Origin: Chrysomallon squamiferum
Lineage: Eukaryota; Animalia; Mollusca
Assembly: GCA_012295275.1 (NCBI GenBank)
Contig: CM022667.1
Coordinates: 3,720,001-3,784,000, forward strand
Length of the DNA stretch: 64,000 nt
Reading direction: 5' to 3'
A program made the position numbers and the translations under genes. The notes under the pieces were generated by a model. The model was not told the origin of the DNA and did not search any database. It saw nothing but the letters and a program-made list of their open reading frames with translations. Below, piece after piece: positions 32,868 to 60,814 of this stretch; positions within the stretch are counted from its first letter, which is position 1; each line of letters starts with the position of its first letter.

Positions 32868-33088
32868 ATGATAATTACTAATATTTAATGTTCTAAGCCT
32901 TTTGTTGTTTGTTTTGAGTCTATACAACATTTTTTTTTTTTTTTTTTTTTATTATTATTGTGGCTGGGGTTTTTTTTACTTCACACAAACAATCACATAT
33001 AAAAGATAAAAAAAAAAAAAGTAAAAATGATAATTACTAATATTTAATGGTCTAAGCCTTTTGTTGTTTGTTTTGAGTCTATACAACA

Positions 33089-33120
<32 letters not shown>

Positions 33121-33175
33121 ATTATTATTGTGGCTGTGTTTTTTTTTTTACTTCACACAAACAATCACATATAAG

Positions 33176-33212
<37 letters not shown>
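32868..33212. repeat. Recent tandem duplication, about 159-bp period, 2 copies, downstream of the TENT4 stop
   Basis: atgataattactaatatttaatg(t/g)tctaagccttttgttgtttgttttgagtctatacaaca-polyT..cttcacacaaacaatcacatat starts at 32868 and again at 33027. Confidence 0.9.
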
Positions 33213-33214
<2 letters not shown>

Positions 33215-33905
33215 GTTCTACAATACTAAAGTAATACTACAAATTATCACTGAAGAAAAATGAACTTGTGTTGGCCTGGAACTAATAAATACTGTCTTGA
33301 TTTAGAACTAGTATATTAATGATATTCCAGATGTTATTATAAACACACAAACACACACACACACACACACATATATATATTCAACTAGCATTAATATACT
33401 TATGTCTATTACAAGGAGATTGATGCATATAACAACTCTTCAAGAGTGTAGCCTTCGCTATAAACAAAAATAAACAAGATTTGTATGTCTAAACATAATG
33501 AAATGTTTGACCTGTTTTGGTTATACTGTTGAGTTTTTGGGTACAGGAGTCGATATCTGATGAACACTCGTATGCACACACATTGCAGCAATTATTTCCT
33601 TTCACATTTCATCCAAATTCACAAAATAATTTACACGTACACAATAATCCAATTCATCATTTGGTGAGACAGAATGAAGTCAAGATAAGTCATCCATTCA
33701 CAAACATTTCATAAACATCAGCACACATTCCACCATTTCAAAGAATACCTCGTCTTCTCTCTCCCTCTCACAATTATACACACATTTATTTTACACATTT
33801 TTTTTTTTCTCCCTCTTCTTCTTCTTCTTCTTCTTCTTTTTTTATTATTATTTTTTTCCAAAAGATTATTTACACAACGAAACCACAAATAACCACAGCA
33901 CTTTA

Positions 33906-45831
<11,926 letters not shown>

Positions 45832-45959
45832 GCAGGTTGAAGATACAACCTTACTTCTGAGGCGATAATCTCCGTCTTGGATAATGTCACAAACACCAAC
45901 CTTACAGTTAAGAGTCAATCACACTTGCTCTGGCAGCTTTCACTCTATCAGCCCTGTTC

Positions 45960-46140
45960 AAATTTCTGGAACTACTGATGCTGCTGCGCATGCTTGACAT
46001 TTAGCCCCGTAACATGAATAGTAACACGAGCACATGCCATTACTCTTGGTAGTGAACGTTAACTCTCGGGTATTCTTTGCTAATGACATTAATTAAAACA
46101 ATTAACCGAGAGCAGAAAAAATGTTCTCCGAGTCATATGT
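45960..46140 (-). promoter_or_regulatory. Likely TENT4 core promoter
   Basis: CpG-retaining stretch just upstream of the ATG-containing exon, with NRF1-like TGCGCATGC at 45985-45993. Confidence 0.45.
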
Positions 46141-47606
46141 TTACTCACTGCAATAAAATAAATAAATAAGTAGTAATGTTATATACCAGAGTTAAATGTG
46201 ACATTTTTATTTTTGAAAGTGTTACCTTTTACATTTGTTTTTGATCGAAATGTATTAATTTTACATAAGACTGAGAATAATGACATAGGAAATGTTAAAA
46301 TACATTACCATTAAAATAAACGCAGATTTCTTTTCCAAACTTTCATTATATTTCTTTATTATTTATTTATTTTAATAACGATAATTTTTTAGTACACACC
46401 ATACCATGTCTTTCAAGGTTAAAGAGTTAGGGTGTGGGGGCGGACATGTTGAATAAGATTTTGAAATAAAATTTTCCATAAAACTCTGGTTACGAACCCG
46501 ATATGTATCGGCTTAAGACGATATTGCACTATGAACGTGAGATCTCATGGCCCTGTTATTCCTTACTTGAAATACGCGTTTGTTTTCGCTTCACTGGTTT
46601 TGTATATAATTCTAATTTTGTATTATAACTTAATATTAATTTTTATTTCATGGATATCATTACATATTTAGCTGTATATAACGTAATTTTGATTTAATAA
46701 AGCTGTATCTACCAGCTGTTCATCGATATATTCCCGCCCCCCACCCCGTTAGCCAAAAACGTGAGATCAGAAGTAGATAAAAATAATAGGAAATTTACAT
46801 TTCTGTAGACTGCCATTATACGTCATCATTGGTAAATTTTTATTTTAAAAGTCGAAAAAACATATAATTTAGTATATTTATTACTTCGAACACGTTAAGC
46901 TCTTCTAGTCTTTTGTTATGCACCAGAACTCCATTGATTTCTGGTTTAAGGCCGTTGTAAACTATTTAACAACTAATCTTCAGTCTACCTTTTATAGTCT
47001 GACAATAACAATATGTCCGACTTCGGTTTCATAAATCTTCTAAATAGAAAGTGAAAATACTTTGTCCAAAAATGTAATCAGTAATCAAACTGAGATATAT
47101 ATATATATATAAGACCATTGCACTCTCTTTCTTGTAATTAACCTTACAACATACTAATATTGCCGTGACGCTCAAACGCTCTGCTATAACTGTCTCATTT
47201 TCAGATTATTAAAAACCTGGAATGTTTGCTAAAGACACATAACGGTTCATCCTTCACTGAAGAATGCTACACACACACTGTAATAAGGAAATAAATAAAT
47301 GACCATAATGACGAATTCAGAAAGAGGAAACCTGCTCCGTTCTTGTTTTATACAGGGTTTCTGTTTGATACGAGTCTTTCCTCGTCTGCCAGAGAAGCAA
47401 AAATGAACGATGGCACGTTGTGGTACAGGCGAAGAGACGTTCTGTTCGGTAGTGTGTGAAAGAGCTCCTCGCAGTCGAGGCAAACTGTTGTTGATATGTC
47501 ACCCTGACTCGGTGTTTCAAACATGTGTCTACGTAGCTTAGAAACAGGACCTTGAAACGTTGACTTAAGTTTTGTACTGAATTTTTTTTATATATAAATA
47601 TATTGT

Positions 47607-49358
<1,752 letters not shown>

Positions 49359-51333
49359 ACCACCATTTGTCAATTATTTTGTCTAAATGACTCAGACATT
49401 CCCAGTGATTGACGTTTCCACAGCTCAAATGTACAATGACAGGATGACCTTGTTGTAAATGTCGAACGAGGATAAGTAAAAACTTTTTGGTTTCTCAGAA
49501 AACGAAAGTAGAGCTTTATCTTTTCTGCGAAATGTATTTTAACTGCTTACGGTTTTTAATTTTTTTTTTTTTTTTTAAATAATCCGTGCGTGCAAATAAT
49601 TCACTTCTTATTGCATGCAAAAATGCATACAGTTTAATCAAATATGCACTTGGAATATTTGTTTACTAAATGCATTTGTGTTTGATTTTTGGTACAGTTA
49701 AAATAAAAATGTGCAGTTACTGAAATCGAAAGCAGAAATAGACGAAATACCGGGAAAAATGATTAAGCATGAAACTTGAGTATAAAAGAAGCCCAACCTT
49801 GAATAAATTAAAATTTGTAGGTATTTGTATTGTTTGCTTACACATTTTATAACAACAACAACAAAAAATCTCGAAAATTAAATTCGTTTCTTCAATTTTA
49901 GGTCAAGATTATCAGTATAATACGGTGGAGGAACTTTTGCTGGTATTATGAAATTATATACAATGAATATATAAAGGTGGCCACAAAATTAAAATTAAAA
50001 AGCTTGTAATCGATCTTATTTTTAAATTAAATTAGATATAGCAGACAAGAATCGATCTTTAAAAAAATAAAATAAAACAAATACTGTCTTTATTTTTTAA
50101 TTTTCAACGTCTCTACTGGCCATATTTATTTATTAGTATTTTTTAAAAATATTTATATTTTCTTCTTCTTCTTCTTATTATTATTAATTATTTCATTTTT
50201 GTAATTAGGTTAATATAAGGTGAACTAACTGTTACGTAACATTGGTTATCACTTATTTTAACATGTTTGTCAGTAACTTAGAGAACAGGGGACATAACTA
50301 GATCAATCAACATAAACAAACTCAGGAGACATAAGCAAAGCTCTTCAATTAAGATAAAATTAATTTCATACACGAATACTGGGAAGAGAAAATTACAAAA
50401 ACAAAACAATCAAGAAAGTACAAAGGAGAGATAATCCTATTAATTAACAAGCTGCTGTCAAAGAAAACACAATTAAAACGAATGTTACACATTTTGTAAT
50501 TAAGCCTATTTACTTGCACGCGCTTACTGACATTTACATAAATTATATTAAAGATATGTAAAAAAATTATCTGACTCAAACAGTAATAGATAAATAAATA
50601 AATAAATAAATAATAACAACAATTTCGACAACAACAATATAGTTTTTACAGGTATTTATGAACTTGCAACAATTCTTCGTATTTTTGTGTTACGCTGGTG
50701 ATGCGAATAAATACCGCGCGCACACAGATATATAGCCCAATTAAAACGAAACATAACAATTACAAATAATATATATGCGCCACTGTTTGTCTTATTATCA
50801 CGACAGAAAAGGATTCCAGTTAAGAATGTGTAAATTGTTTTACAAAATTACTACAGTGTATTATTTTGTTACCAAAGATAAATAGTAAAATAAAAACATA
50901 AACATAAATTTCATTTTGTGGCACAGGTCATGAAATATCTTACTTTATCTAAATATAACCACACATTAATTTGCAGCCATTTTTATTTATTTATTTAATT
51001 TTTATTATTTAGTTGTTTTTTTTTAGATTTTCATTTTCACTAATCGTAATTTTTTATATGTTGTAGTGAACGTCATAATTCACATCAAATTGACACATGG
51101 TACTAATTATAGACGAATCCGTTGATTACCCGTATTGACTGAATGGGAAATTCAGTCCTGATTACGAAAATATTTTATTTATAACATTGTTTACGTCTCT
51201 CCAGTTAATAAAAATTAGGTTTTTAAGTATATAAACATAATGAAACATGTGACAATTTAACACAAACGAAATTAAGTGGACTAACTCCAACACCATTTTA
51301 CATCCAAAAAATAAATAAATAAATAAATAATAA

Positions 51334-51373
<40 letters not shown>

Positions 51374-52720
51374 GTAATAATAATACATTAATTGATATTC
51401 AAGTGCAAGTAAATCCATCTTAATAAATCTACATTAATAATGGGGTGGGGACACTCAAAACTGATTATAGCAATTTTATTATCTGCTAACTCAAAGTTGT
51501 ACAAACCAGAAATGAAGACTTTTTCTCCCATGACATTGCCTAATTTATGGTGTTTATTATTAATCACATCACTTTTTAAATTAATTTATATTACATAATT
51601 AATGAAATTCAAATTTTTTATCTGAATTATTCATTTGATATTATACAAACATTTACTGATAATAATATTAAAACATTTAACTATAAAGATTAATATATAT
51701 ATATATATATATATATAGTTTGGTCAGGTATATATTTTTATCATTACATATATTTTTTAATCATTATATATATATAATAATAACAAACAAAAATTAGATT
51801 AAAAATGTGCAGATATCTGATACAAAAAATACATAAATAAACAATAAAAATTAGAAATTATAAGATATTCAGGAATATTTAAAATTATTAAAAACAAAAC
51901 AGATACAATGAGACAGAATAGAGAATGAAGTCAGTGAAAAACATGCTTTTAATTTCATATTTGAGGTGCAACATAAAAACATCAAAAAATTAAAAATGTG
52001 TTAAATAATTTCAAATTCATTACAATTACATTCACTTCTTTTCTTTTCTTTCTCTCTTTGGCTTGAAATTTACATCAGACAACTCCAAAATTGATATATA
52101 TAAGTTATTCAAAAACAATTATGAAAATGTTTGGTGGACAAAAAAGTTTCTTTTTTTAACTTTCAAAAACATTGTTTCATAATGTTTTTAAGTTACAATC
52201 TCATAATGTTAGGCCAGCTAATTATTCATTATTTCTGTTATGTATTTCTTAGTATATGAACGCAATGGCTATTAGATGTGACATAATTCTGTTCCTGTTT
52301 TATTCTTTTACAAAAAATTAGTTTCATAAATATATAACAAAGTATGTAACACAATATCATTTGTTTGTTTGATGGCATAAAACTTTTCAGTGCAGTTTCA
52401 GTATTTTAATATCAATTTTTAGGTCGTTTTATTTCTTTGGTGTTGTGGTGGTTGTTGCTTTTTGCAGTGGTTAATGAATGTAGCATTTCATCCTTGGCAG
52501 CATCTTTCATCATATTGAAAGCTGATCATTATCCCCTCAAAACTGTAACTGTTTTCTTCTCATTATTCACAAAAAATATTGAAAAGAATTTTACTTCCTG
52601 GAAAAACCACCCAGAATTACCAGAAAGAAAACTGTATATCCAAAATATTGTAAATAGTTTAAAATGGATTCTATGACTGCCTTGTAGCAGTCTTTAATCA
52701 TGTACCATTATTCAGTCCCA

Positions 52721-52773
<53 letters not shown>

Positions 52774-52853
52774 GTATATATACATGTACATACAATCACA
52801 AGAATAATTTTAATATTTATTTATTTATACATAAGACTAAGATTAACATCAGA

Positions 52854-54465
52854 TCACGATGAATACTGGTAAAAATAATAATACACTGCGTACACAAGCC
52901 CAAGAATCATTATAGACACAATCATACTTTTACCATTTTCTTTGCGCAGTTGTGTCAATGTTTTTTCTGAAAATAAATAAATAATGATAATATAATGTTA
53001 ATTATGTTCAGTGTTTTTTGTTGTTTTTCTGAAAATAAATAATTAATAATAATTTAATGTTAATTCTGCTTATTAAAATTAAAAATGGGTTGGAATAGGT
53101 TAAATGTGCTTTAAAGGTTTTTTTTTGAAGTTTACAGAATATTTTAAAATTGATCTGTTAATACAAAGGTAGTAAATAGCCTGTTTAGTTGATTATGTTG
53201 AATACAAATAAATAATAATAAAAAGAATAATCATAGAACTCGATTTTCAATTATTACAAATTTTGGATTTTATTTTTGGTTCCTTTTTCAATTTCTTATA
53301 GTTTTAGTTATATCTGTTTTTTTAAAATTAAATATGAACTTTTAAAAATCCACGTTTTTACAAAAACTAGTAATGTAAATAAATTTTTACTGTGTAAATT
53401 TATTTGTTTCTTTAGCTTCTTTTCTTCATCTTTCATAAACTGTCTGAAAAAAAAAAAAAAAAAAATTAATAATAGTAAAAAAATTTTAGAAAGAAAAATA
53501 GAAAAAGACCAGATCTTAAGAAATATTTAATTTCATTTTATGAAAATCTTCAAAGATTTTTCCAAATCTTCAAATAAATTAAACAGAATAAACCAATGAT
53601 TAGGATTTCTGAAAAAGTGTATTTTATTATTATTATTATTTATTGTCATCATTAATAATTACTATTTAATTTGTTGTTCTGAAAAAAAAAGAAGAAAATA
53701 AATAAAGATGTTTATTTACTTATTTTAAAATCTTAGAGAAAATTTCTTACTTTTCACTGTCTGTGCAGTGTTTTAATCTTGATGTTCTTTCAATACTCTC
53801 AAGGCTTTTTTCACAGACCTCTATTTCATGCTCAATATTTGCAATCTAGAGAAAGAAGAAAAAAAAAATATATATATTTTTAATTTAGTTTATAATAATA
53901 AATAATTTACATAATAATCAAATGAAATATTCTGTTACCTTAAATAAAATAAAAGAATAATAACAGATGAATTAGAATTTTTAAACTTAAAAAAAAAAAA
54001 AGGTTTTGCAATATTTTTTGTATATATAAATATTTATTATTATAATTTATTTTTATTAATTATTTTAATTTTGTTATTGGTTGAAATGATAGAGGTGCCT
54101 ATTCAAGCAAATTAATGAATCATTAAACTTGCGAAATTCGAAGCAGCAATTAGCTTTTCCCAAGTTCTTCACAATTAAAGCACACCCCAAAAAGACGAAT
54201 GATAAAATGCAAATATTTATTAAATAAACAAAATAGATTATCTCTCCTGTACCATGTCAGTTTACAGCGTATATAAAGTTTCATAGCAGTTTTCATTTGT
54301 AGTTGTCATGAATATTTATTTAGTTATTCTGTTACCAATAAAACATTTAAAAAATAAAAATAAAAATTCAGAAACATAACTACTAAAATTCTTGCGGTTT
54401 TACATTTAGTTAACAGATGTTACCGTTCAAAATTTTACCTGTTTTACTATGGTTTCACTAGGCAT
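52854..54465 (-). CDS. CCDC167: Coiled-coil domain-containing protein 167-like small tail-anchored protein, 4 exons, 95 aa
   Basis: Exons (minus) 54439-54465, 53751-53845, 53391-53443, 52854-52966; GT-AG, phases 0/2/1 consistent, 288 nt. Protein MPSETIVKQIANIEHEIEVCEKSLESIERTSRLKHCTDSEKQFMKDEEKKLKKQINLHKKTLTQLRKENGKSMIVSIMILGLVYAVYYYFYQYSS. A coiled coil, the LRxEN motif and a C-terminal TM helix are as in CCDC167. Confidence 0.85.
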
Positions 54466-54669
54466 TTTTAAAAAATATGACAGATACAAAATATAAATCA
54501 ATTTTTGCCCAGTGCTATCAATTATAATAAAATTATTGTTTGTAAACAAATTCACGTGGCAAATTGAGTAACTGGATTTCAGCGAAGTAGAGTCCGAAAC
54601 CAGTCTAACATGGTCTCACTTCATATTTATTTATTATACAGGTTTAGTATCAATGTCGCTCTATCGATT

Positions 54670-54710
<41 letters not shown>

Positions 54711-57163
54711 TTTTTTAACAACATCTACTAGTACAACAACATCATTGAAATATATGTTACAATAATCTGACTACTGTTTAGATTTTGGAATATTTTAAAA
54801 TAATTGACAACACCAACATCACATAAATTAAAACTGTTTATTGCCTTTTAAATTTCAACAACTAAATATAGTGTAATAGTAAATGTGCAAAACATTTATT
54901 TAAACTGATTAAAAGAGGCAAAACAAATTAATAAAATTAAAATAAATGTTAAACCATTACAAAAGACTATTGTTTAAATAATACTGCATATTGTTTGTGT
55001 TGTGGTTTGTGTGTGTGTGTGTGTAGTTCTTTCAAAAAAATTCAGCTTGTACTTTTAGAAAGAATTATAATAATTAAAAAAATAACAAGGGTTACCTATA
55101 ACCAATATTATGAGAAAATACAACGATTTAACAAGTGATCTATGCTACTTCAGTCTACAAGACTAAAATTTAGATTATTATAATTCAGCCATGGAAATTC
55201 TCTGTAAGGAAATGCACAATACTATTAATTCTCAAGTACAACAGATATATTCTCTATATAAAAAGAAGTCTATGTACAACATGAGTTAACATATTTTTAA
55301 AATATCACAAATTCTAACTATAAAAATGGCTGCAAGTGTAATAAAAAGGTTATGGTGTTATATCACAAAGTACATTTATGTGCTGAGTTGTAATTATGTA
55401 AAGTATCAGAAATACTGACTGCACAAATGTAAGTATCACAAAAGATTAAAACTAATACTGATATTATATTTAAATTAATAAATAAAGCATTTTACTAAGT
55501 ATATTAAAAAAATAATAATAATAAATAACAAAAATATTGCCACCACTCTTCCTCTCAAAAATAAATAAAAATAAATTAAATTAAAAAATAAAGTGTAAAA
55601 AAGGTAAAGAAATTTTTTTCTGCAATGCTGCCAAGATACAATATAATTTTTTTTACAGTCAGCTGATAAGCTATTGTATGAAATATACAAGATAATAAAT
55701 TTAAATTAAAAAAATTTAAAATGACAAAGACATGAGCACTTTTCATTATTCCAGAAAATGAAATGATTGAGCAATAATATTTGACAATATGAAATTAGTG
55801 TGGTTGACATATTATGGCAACTACAGAATAAATATAGATTTTCTGCTTTGTTTTTCAAAGCCTGTAAGCAAGATGAAAAAAAACTACATTCTCCAAACAT
55901 CTTGACTGACTTACTATTCTAACATTAATGTTTTATTGTTGACAAAGATTGGTTATCTATAATAAAACATTCATTGTAGAGAAATACAAAAACAACTCTA
56001 TTCAGTCTAATTGCTTTGCATCATAACAGGTATGTTCTAAGTGTACAATAATTGCCTAAACATTTGTGAGGCATCAGTGTAATGTAGTCACCTGAAATAC
56101 TCTGATATCATCTGCAATGTATTTTCCTGCAGGTCATCTGTTAGTCATGGTCACTACAGTCATTAACCGACTAACACCTCAAAACAACAAATGGAAGTCT
56201 AAAAACAAGTAATTAAAGATAAACACGTTTCACTTAATATCAGTGTATAATTGCCGATAATAACAGCTGTCATCTGGTTACTTCTTATCCTCATTTAAAA
56301 ATAATGAGACTTCTTATGAAGATGAGAAAGCCAGGAAAAGATCAAATACTGACTCAAAACAAAATAGTTTCAAAGACAGAGAGATAACTTTGGTAAATTA
56401 AATATTATCTTCAAACAAAGTGACTTCTTACAAAAGAGAAGGATCGTATTATCGTTCATATATTCACAAGATGAATGGCTTGTTGAAACTGATGTGATTT
56501 CATATTTAGAGACATTTCTTAAATTATACACTAGTTTCAAACACTACGACTTCTTTCAAAAGACAGACAAAAGAATAAGACGTATTTCACCAGGAATTTA
56601 AAATATTATTTAGATTTAACAGAAATTGTTAAAGTAAAAAATATTGAATTGTTTTCTCAAAAGAGTGTAAATTTTCTAAAACACCACTGAACAGTTACAA
56701 GCTATGTCACGATGTGCAACAACAAATTAAATATAAAAACAATATTAAGTAAAAATTATAAACTTCAAATGCTGCCAAAAACTGTGAGTCAGTTATAAAA
56801 TGTATAAAACATGTTTTATTAGTCTGTGCACTAGCTAAATTCTAAATGTATCTTGTGAACTTGGTTCAAATGTTGATCCATAAATTTGAATTGGTAGATT
56901 TGTGCAAACTGGAGCAGCTTTTTTTCCATGTAAAATCCTATTTTAAGATGATTATTTCTGAAATTGTTTTTGGAGTAAAATGCATCTTAATTTTTAAGTC
57001 ATCATTGCAGACATTTTATTGAATCTGAACAAATCCATCCCTATAAATAAATTGTATTTGTTCATTTCAGACATTGTGTCAAACCAGAAGAAATTGTATG
57101 AAATATTAATTAAAAATGATGATGTTTTAGGTTTTGTCAGACATGAACAGTCTCTATAAATGA

Positions 57164-58458
57164 TTATTTTGTAGATTTTGTGAGCTCAGCGTAACTTGTT
57201 CCAAACCATTCATCAATGACACTTAGTTTGACCTTCAGTTCAAGGCTAGTAACAAACAGTCGCCCATCATCCATCTAGGAACAAAAAAATATAATTTAAT
57301 TTACAATTTAGTAAACAATAAAATAATGCAAATTCTGCTCATAAAAATCATAACAAGTACAAAATATCATGTGGCTATTATTAACCAATACACTCTGCAA
57401 ATATACATTAGGTAGTAAAACTGATAATACAATATTAAAATATTATTATTATTATTAATAAAAATATTGATATTAATAATTTGATTATCAGCACAAATAA
57501 TAAATAAATTAAGTTCATTAACAGGTGCAGTTGGTGGTAAAAACAAATAATTGTAATGAATTCTTGTACTTACAAAACCTTTAGTTCTTTCTTATAGGCT
57601 ATAATAACTTTTTGGTGAATTACTTAGACTATCAGTATTTAATTCTTTTTCTTGTTCTTTTTATTTTTAATGAACAATCTAATAACTTGTTTAGGTTATC
57701 ATACAAATAATGATTTATTTTAAAGTACTTTTAATGAACAATTTAATTATCTACCTGATTCTTTTTATAAACTTAATGATCACATTTTAAATTGGTTTTA
57801 ATAAAACAATCTATTTACCTGGTCAAGTTCCATGAACACCTGACCCTTTTCATCATTAAGTTTTACCTCCAGATTCTGTTCTCCATTGTAATCAAAATCA
57901 AAAGCTGAAACATAAACAAATAAATTACTATTTTAACAATAAAAAAAAATCAACATATTTTAATATTAATACAAATTTTATTTATTTATGTATAAAAAAA
58001 AAAAAAACAAAAACAAAAATCTTCAGATATTGATAAAATTTTGAAATCTGTTTTAAAAATAAAATTAATAAACAAAAAGGACTGAAAATAGCCATTGCTA
58101 ATAAAAAGAAGAAGAAGAAGAAAAAAAATTAAATTAAAAAGAAAAGTTTTTCTACAATTAAAAATACTTACTTTCCACCTGTTTTTTCAGTTCTGCTTTG
58201 ATGATGGAACTGTAAATTAAAATAAAATAAATAAATACAATGATCATTACATTATTAAAACTAATAACTAAGTTTCAAAACCTCACCACACAAAAGTATT
58301 ATGAGAACTTTCAATCTTCTAACACAAACTGATACAGATATTTATGAGACTGTTAAAATGTGAAAAGTGAGTTTATTTCACTTTATACCTCACTGCCCAG
58401 AATACTTTGTTTCTTTCATCCAACATGACTATATCAAGCCAAGCCACATTCTGGAAGA

Positions 58459-58505
<47 letters not shown>

Positions 58506-60715
58506 AAGAAAGATAGAATGGGAAAAAGAATACAGAGAAATAAATTTAAAAAAAGAAAAGACATTATACTAAAAAAATTCATGAGATATATGCTGAAAGG
58601 AATAATTGAAAGGTTATTTTTGAACAGTTCCATAAAGACATAAAATTTAGAATGGATAACAAAAAAAAAAAAAAAAAAAATAATAATAGTTTTAATATAT
58701 AATTTACAATAATATAAAGCTACTTGACATTTACCTGAAGGATACCTTTAAACAGTTCTGTTTTCCATGGCAGGTTTAATGGTTTTATGATGATGATGTG
58801 GTCAATGGTTGAATTTTTTCTTATTAAAATGAATGATGCGTAGTCATCTCCTAAAAAAAGAATGAAAAATTTACTATGTCATCTATTATTAAAAAATAAA
58901 AAATAAAAAAATTCATTAATTAAAAAAATAAAGAAATAAAGAAAGAAAGAAAGAAAGAGAAAATATCAGAAAAATGTAAATAAATAGAAAATAAAAAAAT
59001 TTATTTTAAAAAATCAAAACCAAAGTAACAGCCCATGCCCATTTATTATAGGGAACAAACCTTTAATAAAAATAAATGACAACACTTACTTATACCCTCT
59101 CGTTTACAGTCGACAGTTTTAAACTGCTGATCCCACAGTGGATGTCTTAGACTTCGTAAAGCCACAGTGACAGAAAAATTATGTAAGCCTGGAAAGCAAA
59201 AAAAAACAAATAAACAGAATTCCCATAATTGGTGTTTAAATTATCATGTAATAACATTTTCTTACAAATAGCAATTTCTTGATAAATGCTTTATTTGTAT
59301 TTTGTATTTTTTGTTTTTGTTTGCTTTGTCCTGTTGTGGTCTAAAAAAAACAAATATGAGGATAAATCAGTATACTTTCTCTTTACCAGTACTATTCAAA
59401 GAGGATAATGGATATTTTTTTTTTCTGGTAGAGAGGCAAACTCTGTATTATTGCCAACATAGACTAGTTCTGCATGATTGATAATTTATAAGTTACTATT
59501 CAAACAGGACAGCAGTAATTTTACTTACCATAGCAAGGATCTATATCATCAGGTATGACCTTATGTGGTGGCAGTTCATACATACTGAAAAAAAGAAAAT
59601 ATTAATCATAAAACAGTAATAATCATTCTAATGAATTATACACACAAGTTTATAAAAAATAATCAATTGTTTCACGCATCCCTGGGTAAACACCTTCAAA
59701 TAAGAGAAATTTTAGTCCTGAAAAAAAATAATAAAGATAATAAATTTTTTTATTTCAAATTGTTCTGTTTAAAATACACACAATACTGTTTCATGCATGA
59801 ATGGATAAATGCTTTCAAAAGATAGAAATTAGATATTTTTTTGTTTTTTTATAAATTTATAAATTTATTTATTAATGAAATAAATTCTTATATTAGTAAT
59901 AAGTATTAATATTAAATACAAATAAACATTAAAATAATTTAATTACCTGTCTGCTTTTCCGAGAAGGCAGCGCGTAACAAGATTGTGGAAATGAAATCCA
60001 GCTGTGACGAAAGCAATTTCACCACCATTCTGTAAAAAAAATGATCATCTAGGTAACTGATTTATAAACACACACACACATACACACACAGACACACACA
60101 GACATGCATATACACACCTATACATATACACATATTCACATGTACCCAACAAAGTACATACCCATACTACATACACATAAACAACACAAACACACTAACA
60201 CAGTAATTATCCACACACACACTAATATAAAAACTAAATACTCATTCACAAACACTCTTCTCATCAGCATACAAACACAAACAACATACACATTAAATAA
60301 TGGACCAATACATCTGCCAATGCAGTATGTAGTTCAACATAAACAAAAACAAAAAACTCTGTTCTATAAACAGTAAATAAAAATACAGAATCTTGATAAC
60401 AAACAGATTACTTACTTTCCATGTGGCTATGATGAGACCAGAGTCCAGTCTGTAGAGGGACACTGTTTCATCAGATACCAGACTCGGATTCTTCTCCACC
60501 CAGCTTGACCACTTGACCTCTTGTTCCAGCAGTAATGACCTCTGATAAGGACTGACCACAGAATAAAAAAAATTTAGTATAAAGTTTAAATGTTACGTTT
60601 TAATTTTATAATTATTAAAAATGACTTTTGTTATTTGTAATTATCATTTATGTATGTTTGTGTATGTGTGTATATGTTTGTGTGTGTGTGGGTCTGTGTA
60701 TATATATATACACAC

Positions 60716-60769
<54 letters not shown>

Positions 60770-60776
60770 AGGGAGG

Positions 60777-60814
<38 letters not shown>

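Noticed and set aside
47247-47483. 78-aa minus-strand ORF in a GC-richer island
   Set aside because: Non-ATG start, no recognisable domain and no splice partners.
58738-58745. GTATCCTT on the minus strand as a U12-type donor in FBXO15
   Set aside because: It is coding (K-G-I-L-Q). The U2 donor at 58734 joins the next exon in frame and preserves the FBXO15 spacing WKTELFKGILQNVAWLD.
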